From: a virus
Reading direction: 5' to 3' (one strand)
Length of the DNA: 64,000 bases
IMG/VR virus record: IMGVR_UViG_3300013119_001061
In this document: positions 50,650-59,808 of the stretch, piece after piece
Numbering within the stretch: position 1 is the stretch's first letter
How the letters are laid out: every line of letters starts with the position of its first letter
Translations under genes and position numbers: made by a program
Notes under the pieces: generated by a model
What the model was told of the DNA's origin: nothing
The model's database searches: none
What the model saw: only the letters and a program-made list of their open reading frames with translations

Positions 50650-51618
50650 ATGAGAATTGCAATTACAGGCGAAGCTGGGTTTATCGGTAGAAACTTACCT
50701 GTCTCCATTGAAGGTTTGGGGCATACATTTGTTCCACTTTTAAATCACGAGAAAATGGTTTGTCTTTCAACCGGTGAACCCTGCGTTCATCAAAATGATT
50801 CCGATCTTTGGGCAGAGGTCTTTGAAGAAGAAGATATCGATGTTGTCATTCATAACGCTGCTGTAGTCGGAACAGATGTAGTTGCGCTCAGCCCAAACGA
50901 AGCATCGCTTACAAACGTTTCTGGAACTCATGTGATTTGTCAGGCTGCAAAGAAAGCAGATGTTGCTGTATCATATATGGGCACAACGGTAATCTATGAC
51001 ACTGGTGCATATCAACATCAGCTTATACACGAGAACTCTGAGAGAATGCCAACCACGCTGTATGGCGCCCAAAAACTAGCATCAGAATATATTGTCATGT
51101 CTTCGAAGATTAAGTTTAATGTCATCCGCCCGCTTTTTGCTTACGGCGGAGTTGGTGATATGAACTCACTGATATCAAAGACTCTGTATGCTGTCAAAGC
51201 GGGAAGGGAAAATATTGATATGTTCCTCGACCCAAAGAAGATTAAAGACTACATGCACGTAACAGATTATTGTGATGCAGTAGCTTTATCAATCCATAGA
51301 GGTATGTGGGGGACTGACTACAACGTTTCCGCCGAGAATCCATATAATACGTGGGAGATTGCTAAGATGATATCAGATACAGCAGGAAAAGATCTGGAAA
51401 ATATCATTAACTGGCATCCCGAAACAGATTATCTGGGAAATCATAGACTTACGTCAGACAAGTTCAGAAATGAAACAAGTTGGAAACCTAAATTCGATCT
51501 TAAGGCAGGTATCGAATTATCGTGGGAGTCAATAAGCAAAGATGAGTCTGGGTATGACCCGCTGATTTATCTAGACGAAGCGTCTGAAAGAGGATTAGAT
51601 CTCACACAGTTTTATTAG
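50650..51618 (+). CDS. NAD-dependent (NDP-sugar) epimerase/dehydratase, extended SDR
   Basis: TGEAGFIG, HNAA, YGAQK, DYMHV.D. Confidence 0.9.
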   Translation: MRIAITGEAGFIGRNLPVSIEGLGHTFVPLLNHEKMVCLSTGEPCVHQNDSDLWAEVFEEEDIDVVIHNAAVVGTDVVALSPNEASLTNVSGTHVICQAAKKADVAVSYMGTTVIYDTGAYQHQLIHENSERMPTTLYGAQKLASEYIVMSSKIKFNVIRPLFAYGGVGDMNSLISKTLYAVKAGRENIDMFLDPKKIKDYMHVTDYCDAVALSIHRGMWGTDYNVSAENPYNTWEIAKMISDTAGKDLENIINWHPETDYLGNHRLTSDKFRNETSWKPKFDLKAGIELSWESISKDESGYDPLIYLDEASERGLDLTQFY

Positions 51619-51622
51619 CATT

Positions 51623-51651
51623 GTGTAAATTTAGCATTACTACGTTATAAT
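51623..51651 (+). promoter_or_regulatory. Sigma70-like promoter upstream of the dinG relic
   Basis: GTGTAA-N17-TATAAT. Confidence 0.65.
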
Positions 51652-51672
51652 ATTTGTGTTAGGGGATTATCT

Positions 51673-51747
51673 TTGTCTTTAAAAAATGCGTTTCCTTTTG
51701 ATGAGCCTCGACAATCACAAATTGATGCCATTGCATTTGCAGTTTAA
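51673..51747 (+). pseudogene. Orphan 24-codon copy of the DinG N-terminus
   Basis: LSLKNAFPFDEPRQSQIDAIAFAV* versus WKKYFPFENPRDPQIQAINFAL of 52652; has its own promoter and SD. Confidence 0.75.
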
Positions 51748-51808
51748 TTTCTAGATAGATTCTGCACTTAATAATACTTGCGTATAGAAGCCAGAACAGG
51801 GGATAGTC

Positions 51809-52635
51809 GTGGGAAGACCAAAGTGCAGAATAAAGAAAAAGTGTGTTATTTGTAATGAAGAGTTTGAAGTTGTTCCGTCTAGTAAAAAGAAGACATGTAA
51901 CAAGACATGCTCAAACAAGTTGGCATACAAAAACGGCCGAAAAGTCATTAGAAACAGAGAGTATAATTATGACAGATGGATCCGGCTTTATGGAAAAAAT
52001 GAGGCTGATCGTCGACAAGAAATTGCTTTGTCAAATATATCAAAAGGACTTTTGGCAAACCCAAGGGAAAAACAGCGAGCTAGCGCCCGAAAAACTATAG
52101 TAGAATGGAATAAAAAACAAAAGGAAAAACATTAGAAGAAATACACGGAGACAAGAAAGCAAAAGAGATTAAAAGAAAGCTGTCTAAAAGATCGTCCGGA
52201 AAGAATAATCCATCATATGGAAAAGTATATGAACAAGGAGGAAAGTCTGTTTCCGGGCGCTACAAAGGAAGATGGTTTAGAAGTATTCTTGAACTATCAT
52301 TTATGGTTCATTTAGAGAAAGAGATGGACCTAGACAACATAATGGGTGAAGTGTGGAAAGTCCCGTACAGGAATTCGTCAGGAGTCGATCGAACTTACAC
52401 ACCTGACTTTTATGATCCAGCCAGCTCTACTGTCTATGAGTGCAAAATGTCCTGGTGTACTAACAGCAAAGACAATCAAGAAAAGTTCAAGGCTGCAGAG
52501 GAATTCTTTGAAAAAAAGAATATAAAGTTTAGAGTTGTTACAGAAAATGACTTTCACAAGCTTTCGTTTAAAGAAGCTGAAAAGATGGAAAATGTAAATC
52601 TTAACAAAGGCTCGTTAAAATATTTTAGAAAATAA
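51809..52635 (+). pseudogene. Free-standing homing endonuclease (Zn finger, NUMOD3-like, TnsA-like) broken by a one-base frameshift at 52114-52132
   Basis: 51809..52135 continues in the -1 frame as TKGKTLEEIHG...SGKNNPSYGK...FRSILELSF...RTYTPDF..VYECK. Confidence 0.75.
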
Positions 52636-52651
52636 AAAGGAATTTATAGAA

Positions 52652-54286
52652 ATGCCTCACAACTGGAAGAAATACTTTCCGTTTGAAAATCCTAGAGACC
52701 CACAAATCCAGGCAATTAATTTTGCTCTAAATGCACTTGTAGTGAACAGTAAAAAATTTACAATTTTAGAGTGTGGGACTGGAGTAGGAAAGTCAGCCAT
52801 TGGCCTCACAGCCGCGCGCGTTCTTAATTTAATGTATAACCCAGAGGATGACGGCGAACCTCTCAAGGCATCATATTTTGTGACCACCCAGAAAATCCTA
52901 CAAGAACAATACATTAAAGATTTTGGTGAACCCGCAGGACAAATGAAGTCAATCAAATCATCTTCAAACTATGGTTGTAGATTCCACAAAGGAAACACTT
53001 GTGCGGAATCACGTCAACTACTCAGAACAGAAGACAGAGGGACAAAGTTCTTTAAGACATGCACAATGAACTGTGTATACAAAAAGGCTAAAGAGGCATT
53101 CCTTGGGTCACCCGAGTCAGTTGTCAACTTTCCTTACTTCTTGACTGAGGCAACCTACAGTGGCGGAATCACCCCAAGACATGTGCTAGTGCTAGATGAG
53201 GCACACAACATCGAACAAGAACTCAGTCGATTTATTGAGATTTCTGTGTCTGAGTGGTTCTCAAAGAAGACGCTAAAAGCAGGCTGGACATCCTCTGAGA
53301 CACAATTCCAGGCATATAAATGGGTTAGAGATATATACTTCGAAAAAGTAGAAGCCCGGCTCAAGCACATCGAAGGAATGATGAGCAAATACGGTGGCCT
53401 CCAAGACAAACTTGATGAGATGATGAACTTTGCAACACAAATGGAGATGCTTAAGTCTCATGTTGATAAGATCAAGGTGTTCCTCAAGCACTATGATAAA
53501 GACAACTGGATTGTAGAGTTCGATAACTTCAAGGGACGAGGCAAACGCCGCATCACATTCAAGCCCGTAGATGTATCCAAGTTTGCGTCTGACTACCTGT
53601 TTCGTCTCGGGAACAAGGTATTAATGATGTCAGCGACGATCCTTGACAGAGACTCATTCTGTCAATCTCTGGGTATCCCTGCGAATGATGTTGAGTTTAT
53701 CTCTATTCCGTCTCCGTTCCCTGTTGACAATCGACCAATTGTTGAGCTTCCCGTCGGCCCAATGAACATGAAGAACATTGAAAACACACTTCCCAAGATG
53801 GCCAAGGTCATTCAAGAGCTACTTGACTCCCACCCAGATGAGTCTGGGATCATCCACACACACACTTATAAAGTCGCGAAGCACCTAAAGGAAAACATCA
53901 AGACAGATCGATTCTTGCTGCATGATTCTGATAATCGCGATGAGATCCTAAAAGAACACATCAAGTCAGGCAAACCGACAGTCTTGCTTAGTCCATCAAT
54001 GTCAGAAGGCGTAGATCTCAGAGACGACTGTTCAAGATTCCAGATCATTTGCAAGATTCCGTATCCGTATCTAGGAGACAAAGTTGTGAAAAAGAGAATG
54101 AATAAGTGGCCCGGGTGGTATCCGCTGCAGACTGCGAAAACAATCGTCCAGTCAGTAGGCCGAAGCATCAGATCTGAAGATGACTACGCTGTGACATACA
54201 TTCTAGATTCGCAGTGGGGCTACTTCTACAAGCGTAACAAGAAGTTCTTCCCTGCTGATTTCCAAAACTGCTTGAGGAGGACATAA
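52652..54286 (+). CDS. DinG/Rad3-like Fe-S helicase
   Basis: CGTGVGKS, four-Cys cluster, LDEAH, MSAT, SEGVD, QSVGRSIRS..D. Confidence 0.92.
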   Translation: MPHNWKKYFPFENPRDPQIQAINFALNALVVNSKKFTILECGTGVGKSAIGLTAARVLNLMYNPEDDGEPLKASYFVTTQKILQEQYIKDFGEPAGQMKSIKSSSNYGCRFHKGNTCAESRQLLRTEDRGTKFFKTCTMNCVYKKAKEAFLGSPESVVNFPYFLTEATYSGGITPRHVLVLDEAHNIEQELSRFIEISVSEWFSKKTLKAGWTSSETQFQAYKWVRDIYFEKVEARLKHIEGMMSKYGGLQDKLDEMMNFATQMEMLKSHVDKIKVFLKHYDKDNWIVEFDNFKGRGKRRITFKPVDVSKFASDYLFRLGNKVLMMSATILDRDSFCQSLGIPANDVEFISIPSPFPVDNRPIVELPVGPMNMKNIENTLPKMAKVIQELLDSHPDESGIIHTHTYKVAKHLKENIKTDRFLLHDSDNRDEILKEHIKSGKPTVLLSPSMSEGVDLRDDCSRFQIICKIPYPYLGDKVVKKRMNKWPGWYPLQTAKTIVQSVGRSIRSEDDYAVTYILDSQWGYFYKRNKKFFPADFQNCLRRT

Positions 54287-55047
54287 TGCCAGACGATGAT
54301 GATATGGGAAAAATCATTGAGTTTCCAATGCACAGGGTTCAAAGACGTCAAGCAGAATTCAATGATGATATTTATGATGGAGGAATTCAAGACTTTAATC
54401 CTGAAGTTATGTCTGATCCACAGCTGGGCAGAACTGTCTTATCGTGTCCCCCATATGTAATCGGTGATATCTTTGACACAATCTTTTGGGCACGCAGACT
54501 ATCATGGATGTTTAAGGTAGGGATTGCAGTCGAGCATCCTGTCATCGAGGAAGTCAGCCCTGAGATCGTATCTGCTACTGATGTTAAATTTAAAGATAGA
54601 TCATTTGATATTATGTGGTTTGATGAGGATAAATGCATTAGTGTGTTCAAGATTAAGATAGATAAGCCGTTAAAAAAAGGCGAGCTAGATAAGGCAAATA
54701 AAATTCTCAAAGGCAAGGGTTTAGGAAATATACCTCGAAGACTAATATCACTTTTTGAGCCAAACCCAGACTTTATTGAGCCTGAATGGACAGTAATCCC
54801 ATTAGCTGATTTTATTAACCCGATGTATGATATTTCAGGGATTATTGCTGGAAATGAAGATTTGTCACGATCAATTGCAAATTGTTCATCATTCGTTTAT
54901 TTAGTTGATGAGATTATTACACGCTTCTATGAATCTCAAGCAAATAATAACAAAGAAACACAGGTAGCAATGAAATATTTTGCGCAGCAAATGGGCATAT
55001 ATGGGATAATGTGTAAATCATTAAAATCAGGAACTGGACTTTTCTAA
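54286..55047 (+). CDS. Hypothetical protein
   Basis: Coupled 253-aa ORF; no confident motif. Confidence 0.55.
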   Translation: MPDDDDMGKIIEFPMHRVQRRQAEFNDDIYDGGIQDFNPEVMSDPQLGRTVLSCPPYVIGDIFDTIFWARRLSWMFKVGIAVEHPVIEEVSPEIVSATDVKFKDRSFDIMWFDEDKCISVFKIKIDKPLKKGELDKANKILKGKGLGNIPRRLISLFEPNPDFIEPEWTVIPLADFINPMYDISGIIAGNEDLSRSIANCSSFVYLVDEIITRFYESQANNNKETQVAMKYFAQQMGIYGIMCKSLKSGTGLF

Positions 55048-55101
55048 ATTGTGCAAACCAAAATAAGCATCATATAATACAGACATAAAAGGAGCTACTT
55101 T

Positions 55102-56970
55102 ATGGGCGGTCTATACGGGCACATGAGTCATATTCACGAGGATCTTGATCTTTCGTTTAATAATATCATTGATATTCTTCAAAACCTTTCTGAGTTTCGA
55201 ATCGAGCCATTTGAAAAAATGGATGGTCAAAATATTAATTTCACGGTTGACTCCGATGACAACATTCGACTAGCTCGAAACAAAGGAAACATCCAGGCAG
55301 GCGGCTTAAGCACAGCTGAATATTCTGCAATGTGGAAAGATCATCCAGCACAAGAGTCATTTATGCGAGGATTCGAGGCAATCCAAGCAGTGCTCAGAGT
55401 CTTGTCAAGCGAAGAGAAGCAATCTTTATTCGCCACCGGCAATAGATATCAAAACGCGGAGATCGTCTATCCCGAGGGAAAAAATATCATCAAGTACGAT
55501 GCACCAATGATCCGTCTTCATGAGGCTGCAATCCTATTTGATCGTGAATCTGGATTGCAGGTTGAAAACGACCGCGAGGCTTTTGCAGTAGCAAAGAAGC
55601 TGGGTGATATCATCGGTCATCTTAAAGTGGCAGTTCGAGGAGAAGAATGGCAAATCAGGAAGCCCAACAATGTAGTTCTTAACGTAATCAATCGGACTCA
55701 TTTTGAGACTGCTGCAAGCCGCTTAGAAACGCTAGCCGGCTACTACGTTACTCGCCCAATCTCTGACTGGGTTGAAAGCAAGATCAGGCCCGATCTTTTG
55801 CAGCAAGGGCTAAATGAAAATGTCATCAATCATGTAGTCAATGCCATGCTGCGCAAGCAAGGTGCAATGACAGCTGTTCAAATCAAGAAGTTAGTTCCAA
55901 AAGATCAAAAGTCAATTGTGTCTCAATACGCAACAAAGTTGACTGCAGCTAAAAGAATCAAAGAGAAGACTGCAGATATCGAGATGATCATTAACGATTT
56001 CGCAATGGAGCTGCTAAGAGACATTCCCTCTGAGTTCGTTAATAATCACAACATCGAAGTTCAGAGAATACAAAGAGAATTACAGCAGTCAATTACGACA
56101 CTACAACATGCAGCATCAGCCGGTGACATGTCTGCCAGGGACTTGCTAAGCAAACAAATGCCAAAGCTGGGAAGTGTATCAAAATTAACTTCATCGCTTG
56201 AAGGCATTGTATTTCAATATCCGAAAAACTCAGGCAGAATCTATAAGCTCACCGGTGCCTTTGCAATGACCAACCAGCTAATTGGGCGCGCAACCAGGAT
56301 GAATGTGCCGTCTGGCCCACTGGACAAAACAAAAGCTGCTTCTCAAAAGATTGCACTAATCCCAATGTCGGCCAAGCCCTATCACAAAGGTCATCATATG
56401 CAGGTTCGGCATGCATCGGCAACTTGTGATCATGTATATGTCTATGTTTCCCCTACAGACAGACAAAGAAAAGGAGAGCTCCCCGTCTTTGCCTCAAGCT
56501 TGAAGACATACTGGAGAGATCATATTATTCCAAGCTTGCCCGATAATGTAACTGCAATCACTACGGGATATTCTATGTTTGGCCTGAACCATCACCCGTT
56601 AGCATCACCCGTGTCAGCTGTATACGCCCACCTTGAGTCTGCAGAATCTGCGGGAAGCAACAATACTTTCTACATATACTCAGATGAAAAAGATACAGGC
56701 AATGCATTCCCAGAAAAAAGCGTAATCAAAAGCGCATCATCATTGCATGCAAATAAGCAAATCAAGTTCCCGGGAGTCGAAGACAAAAATAGCTTGCCCA
56801 GAGTTGCCAGCGGTACAGAAGTCAGAAAAGCAGTGTCAGATAACAACTTTGATACATTCAGAAGCTTAATTCCCGATTTTATGTCAACCAAAGACAAACG
56901 AAGTCTGTTCACGATCCTCAGAATGCCAGAATCAAAAATGGGAAATCTAATGCCAATTTCAATGGGATAG
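55102..56970 (+). CDS. Ligase-fold nucleotidyltransferase domain fused to a HIGH-motif (cytidylyltransferase-like) domain
   Basis: GHMSH, EKMDG, EGIVF, YKLTG; then PMSAKPYHKGH ... SGTEVR. Confidence 0.65.
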   Translation: MGGLYGHMSHIHEDLDLSFNNIIDILQNLSEFRIEPFEKMDGQNINFTVDSDDNIRLARNKGNIQAGGLSTAEYSAMWKDHPAQESFMRGFEAIQAVLRVLSSEEKQSLFATGNRYQNAEIVYPEGKNIIKYDAPMIRLHEAAILFDRESGLQVENDREAFAVAKKLGDIIGHLKVAVRGEEWQIRKPNNVVLNVINRTHFETAASRLETLAGYYVTRPISDWVESKIRPDLLQQGLNENVINHVVNAMLRKQGAMTAVQIKKLVPKDQKSIVSQYATKLTAAKRIKEKTADIEMIINDFAMELLRDIPSEFVNNHNIEVQRIQRELQQSITTLQHAASAGDMSARDLLSKQMPKLGSVSKLTSSLEGIVFQYPKNSGRIYKLTGAFAMTNQLIGRATRMNVPSGPLDKTKAASQKIALIPMSAKPYHKGHHMQVRHASATCDHVYVYVSPTDRQRKGELPVFASSLKTYWRDHIIPSLPDNVTAITTGYSMFGLNHHPLASPVSAVYAHLESAESAGSNNTFYIYSDEKDTGNAFPEKSVIKSASSLHANKQIKFPGVEDKNSLPRVASGTEVRKAVSDNNFDTFRSLIPDFMSTKDKRSLFTILRMPESKMGNLMPISMG

Positions 56971-56998
56971 ATATTTATCTTCAGAGGCGGAGATAGAT

Positions 56999-57502
56999 AT
57001 GTACGATTTTTTAGAATCCCATATGTGGGTTACATACTCACTAACAATGACAATGCTATTCCTTGGATTGCTTAAGACAAAGCTGCTTCACGGGCTCAAG
57101 CCCATCATTATTGAGGGCAGCAAAATCCCAGCAATACTTTCATATATTGCTCCGCTCACAATCGGAGCCATCTCAATATTCCCATTCGTAATTGCGAGAG
57201 CCCCAAAAGGCACAATGTCTGAGACAACTCGACGACATGAGACAATACACTTCCACCAGACGATGGAGCTATTAATAGTCGGAATGCTAGCAATCTATTT
57301 GTATGACTATTTTGTCGGGCTAATCAAATATAGAAACGATTGGGAAGGACAAAACAACTCCAGAGGTTGGCCGTATTTATCTGCAGGAAATAAGGCATAT
57401 CATAGAACCCGCGCAGAGCAAGAAGCATATGAGTCAGAAGACATTGAGGATTACCTCGTTAATCGCAAACGCTGGGCATGGATCAAAAAATACAAGGTGT
57501 AA
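56999..57502 (+). CDS. Membrane protein with HExxH motif
   Basis: Hydrophobic helices; RHETIH..Q, EQEAY. Confidence 0.65.
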   Translation: MYDFLESHMWVTYSLTMTMLFLGLLKTKLLHGLKPIIIEGSKIPAILSYIAPLTIGAISIFPFVIARAPKGTMSETTRRHETIHFHQTMELLIVGMLAIYLYDYFVGLIKYRNDWEGQNNSRGWPYLSAGNKAYHRTRAEQEAYESEDIEDYLVNRKRWAWIKKYKV

Positions 57503-57525
57503 ATCGCACCAAGCTGCTGTATAAT
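57497..57525 (+). promoter_or_regulatory. Sigma70-like promoter for the deaminase
   Basis: GTGTAA-N17-TATAAT. Confidence 0.65.
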
Positions 57526-57574
57526 ATAAATGATTCAATAAAGGGGTCAGAATACGGAGTCGACGTTATGTCGA

Positions 57575-57982
57575 GTGTACTATAAATTAAAAGCCATTGC
57601 TCAGAATTATTCTGAAAATGCACACAATTACAACATCTCAGCATGCGTCACAGTAGGCAAGACGAGGTTCTACGGCTGGAACAGCTATGACACTCATCCA
57701 TTTGCCAAGCGTGAGCTCAAGTGTTCATCTACTGGCGAGAGCGTGGTAAGTTATTGCTACCATGCTGAGGTTCATGCACTTCAAAAGGCACTGAGGTTCA
57801 CGCAGAAAATGAAATCCGCTGATATTGCGGTAGCAAGAGTTCTGGCAGATGGAAGCTTTACAATGGCAAAGCCCTGTGAACACTGCCAGGGTAAAATGAG
57901 AGATATTGGCATCAATCCATCAAAGATCAAGTATACGAATTGGGATGGAAACTTTGTTACGCTTAATTCGTATGAGTGTTGA
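57575..57982 (+). CDS. Zn-dependent cytidine/dCMP deaminase-like protein
   Basis: HAE ... KPCEHC. Confidence 0.85.
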   Translation: MYYKLKAIAQNYSENAHNYNISACVTVGKTRFYGWNSYDTHPFAKRELKCSSTGESVVSYCYHAEVHALQKALRFTQKMKSADIAVARVLADGSFTMAKPCEHCQGKMRDIGINPSKIKYTNWDGNFVTLNSYEC

Positions 57983-58008
57983 AAATCTACAAATCTCCTG
58001 GTTATAAT
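57979..58008 (+). promoter_or_regulatory. Sigma70-like promoter for dnaE
   Basis: TTGAAA-N18-TATAAT. Confidence 0.65.
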
Positions 58009-58046
58009 CAAATACAAATCACTTATAAAGTGGGAAGGTAAATAAT

Positions 58047-59762
58047 TTGTCACATTCAGATACGAAAGGAGACTTCGGAAGCTTTGTGCGCCCCAATCGA
58101 TTCGTCGGTTTACACGGGCACTCAGGCTTCTCGTAGTCGACTTACGACGGACTCGGCTATCCAGCTCAGCATATTGACTTCGTTCTTGACAACGAAATGG
58201 ATGCATGGGCACTAACTGACCACGGTCACGGCTCTGGCTTAGCACATGCTCACAAGCACTTCGACAAAATGAAGAAGGCCGGCCGCAAGTATCGGCAGGT
58301 ATACGGTGTTGAGTTCTACTTCGTCGAGGATCTCGATGTTTGGAAGCAAAACTACCTGGGTCACAAAGAAAAAGTCAAGGCTGAGAGAGATGCAAAGAAA
58401 GCTGAGAAGCTTGCAACAACCGATCTAAGCTCTGACAATGAAGATGATCTCAAATCTGAAGGACACACCATTGAGAATGAGGAGGAGTCAAAAGGCGGAG
58501 GTAAGGGGAAACCCGAATGGATGCGCCGCTATCACCTCGTAATCACTGCAAGAAACGCAGCAGGCCTAGCCAATCTTTTCACGCTAGTAAAGAGAGGATA
58601 CACCGACGGCTTCTATCGGTTCCCACGAATTGACTTCAAGCTTCTCAAGCAATACAGCGAAGGTCTAACTGTAAGCTCAGCATGCATTGGCGGAATTACC
58701 GCAGGACGAACATTCCAGCAATTCCCGGGCGTTGATTTCATGGATCTTAAGCCTGATTTGCTAGATGACCCGTCAAAGATGAAGAATCTGATGGGTGTGC
58801 TCGGAAACATAACAGATCGGTTTGTCGATGCAGTAGGACAAGACAACTTCTTCTATGAGCTGCAGTTCAATAAGCTCCCAGCCCAGCATCTATCTAACCG
58901 TGCGCTTCTCGAACTACACGATCAGACGGGAATCGGGCTTATCACCACATGTGACTCCCACTATCCCGGCAAAGAATTATGGGAAGCCCGGGAGCTATAT
59001 AAGAAGCTAGGCTGGATGGGAAATGATCCGTCACCTTTGCCGAAGTTCGACGAGCTAAAGTGTGAGCTTTATCCAAAAAATGCCTCAGAGGTGTGGGATG
59101 AGTTCGACCGCGACTGGCATGCCTATGACTTTTACAAAGGCAGGGAAGAGCTTATTAGAGATAGTGTAGAGAGGACACACGATATTGTCTGGGATCGTTA
59201 TGAAGATGTATGGGTCGACTCTAAGGCTAAGCTACCAAACTATGCTGTGCCTCAAAAGGGACATGCATGCTATCCTGAGGCACCCAAAGATACACCCTTT
59301 CAGCAGCTTGGAAAGCTTGTAAAAGCAGCAATGATCAGTCATGATATGGCCGAAAAACCTGAGTATGTTGCGAGGATCAAAGAAGAGCTAGCTGACATTA
59401 AGTTCCTCGGATTTGAAAACTACTTCCTGACAATGTATGATGTTTTCCACTTGGCCGAGAAGAAAACTCTCTTTGGGCCTGGCCGCGGCTGCTTTTTACC
59501 TGATACACGTGTAAAAATGTCCGACGGATTAATGAACACAATTGAAGCAATTTCTCCCGGTGATCACGTAATTGACGCATACGGAGAAAGTCAAGAGGTT
59601 ATAAAGAAGTTTGTATATGATATCGAGGAAGATATTGTTGAGCTTGAATTTGATGATGGTATCGTAATTAAGTGCACAGTAGATCATAAGTTCTTGACGT
59701 CAAATCGAGGATGGGTTGAGGCTCAAAACTTAAGCGACGAAGATGTTATTGTTGATGTTTGA
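58047..59762 (+). CDS. dnaE: DNA polymerase III alpha N-terminal half (PHP domain) plus split-intein N-fragment; in-frame TAG at 58134-58136
   Basis: FVGLHGHSGFS*STYDG lies upstream of the tracked ORF (58197); ALTDHG, YGVEFY, SACIGG, DSHY, YFL, GPGRG|CFL. Start (TTG 58047 or GTG 58086) is uncertain. Confidence 0.9.
59490..59759 (+). mobile_element. Split intein IntN (90 aa)
   Basis: CFLPDTRV, GDHV, CTVDHKFLT..RGWVEA..L. Confidence 0.93.
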
Positions 59763-59808
59763 TATTTATAAATAGTTTAGTTATTCGACCCGGCCCGATA
59801 TACTTATA

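Noticed and set aside
54286-55047. Degenerate PD-(D/E)xK nuclease
   Set aside because: Only a faint resemblance (FDI...FKIKI) and the catalytic Glu is absent; left as hypothetical.
57530-57577. In-frame 3-codon uORF (ATG ATT CAA TAA) and a TCGAC/GTCGA hairpin before the deaminase start
   Set aside because: Too short to separate from chance, and there are no matched codons around the stop.
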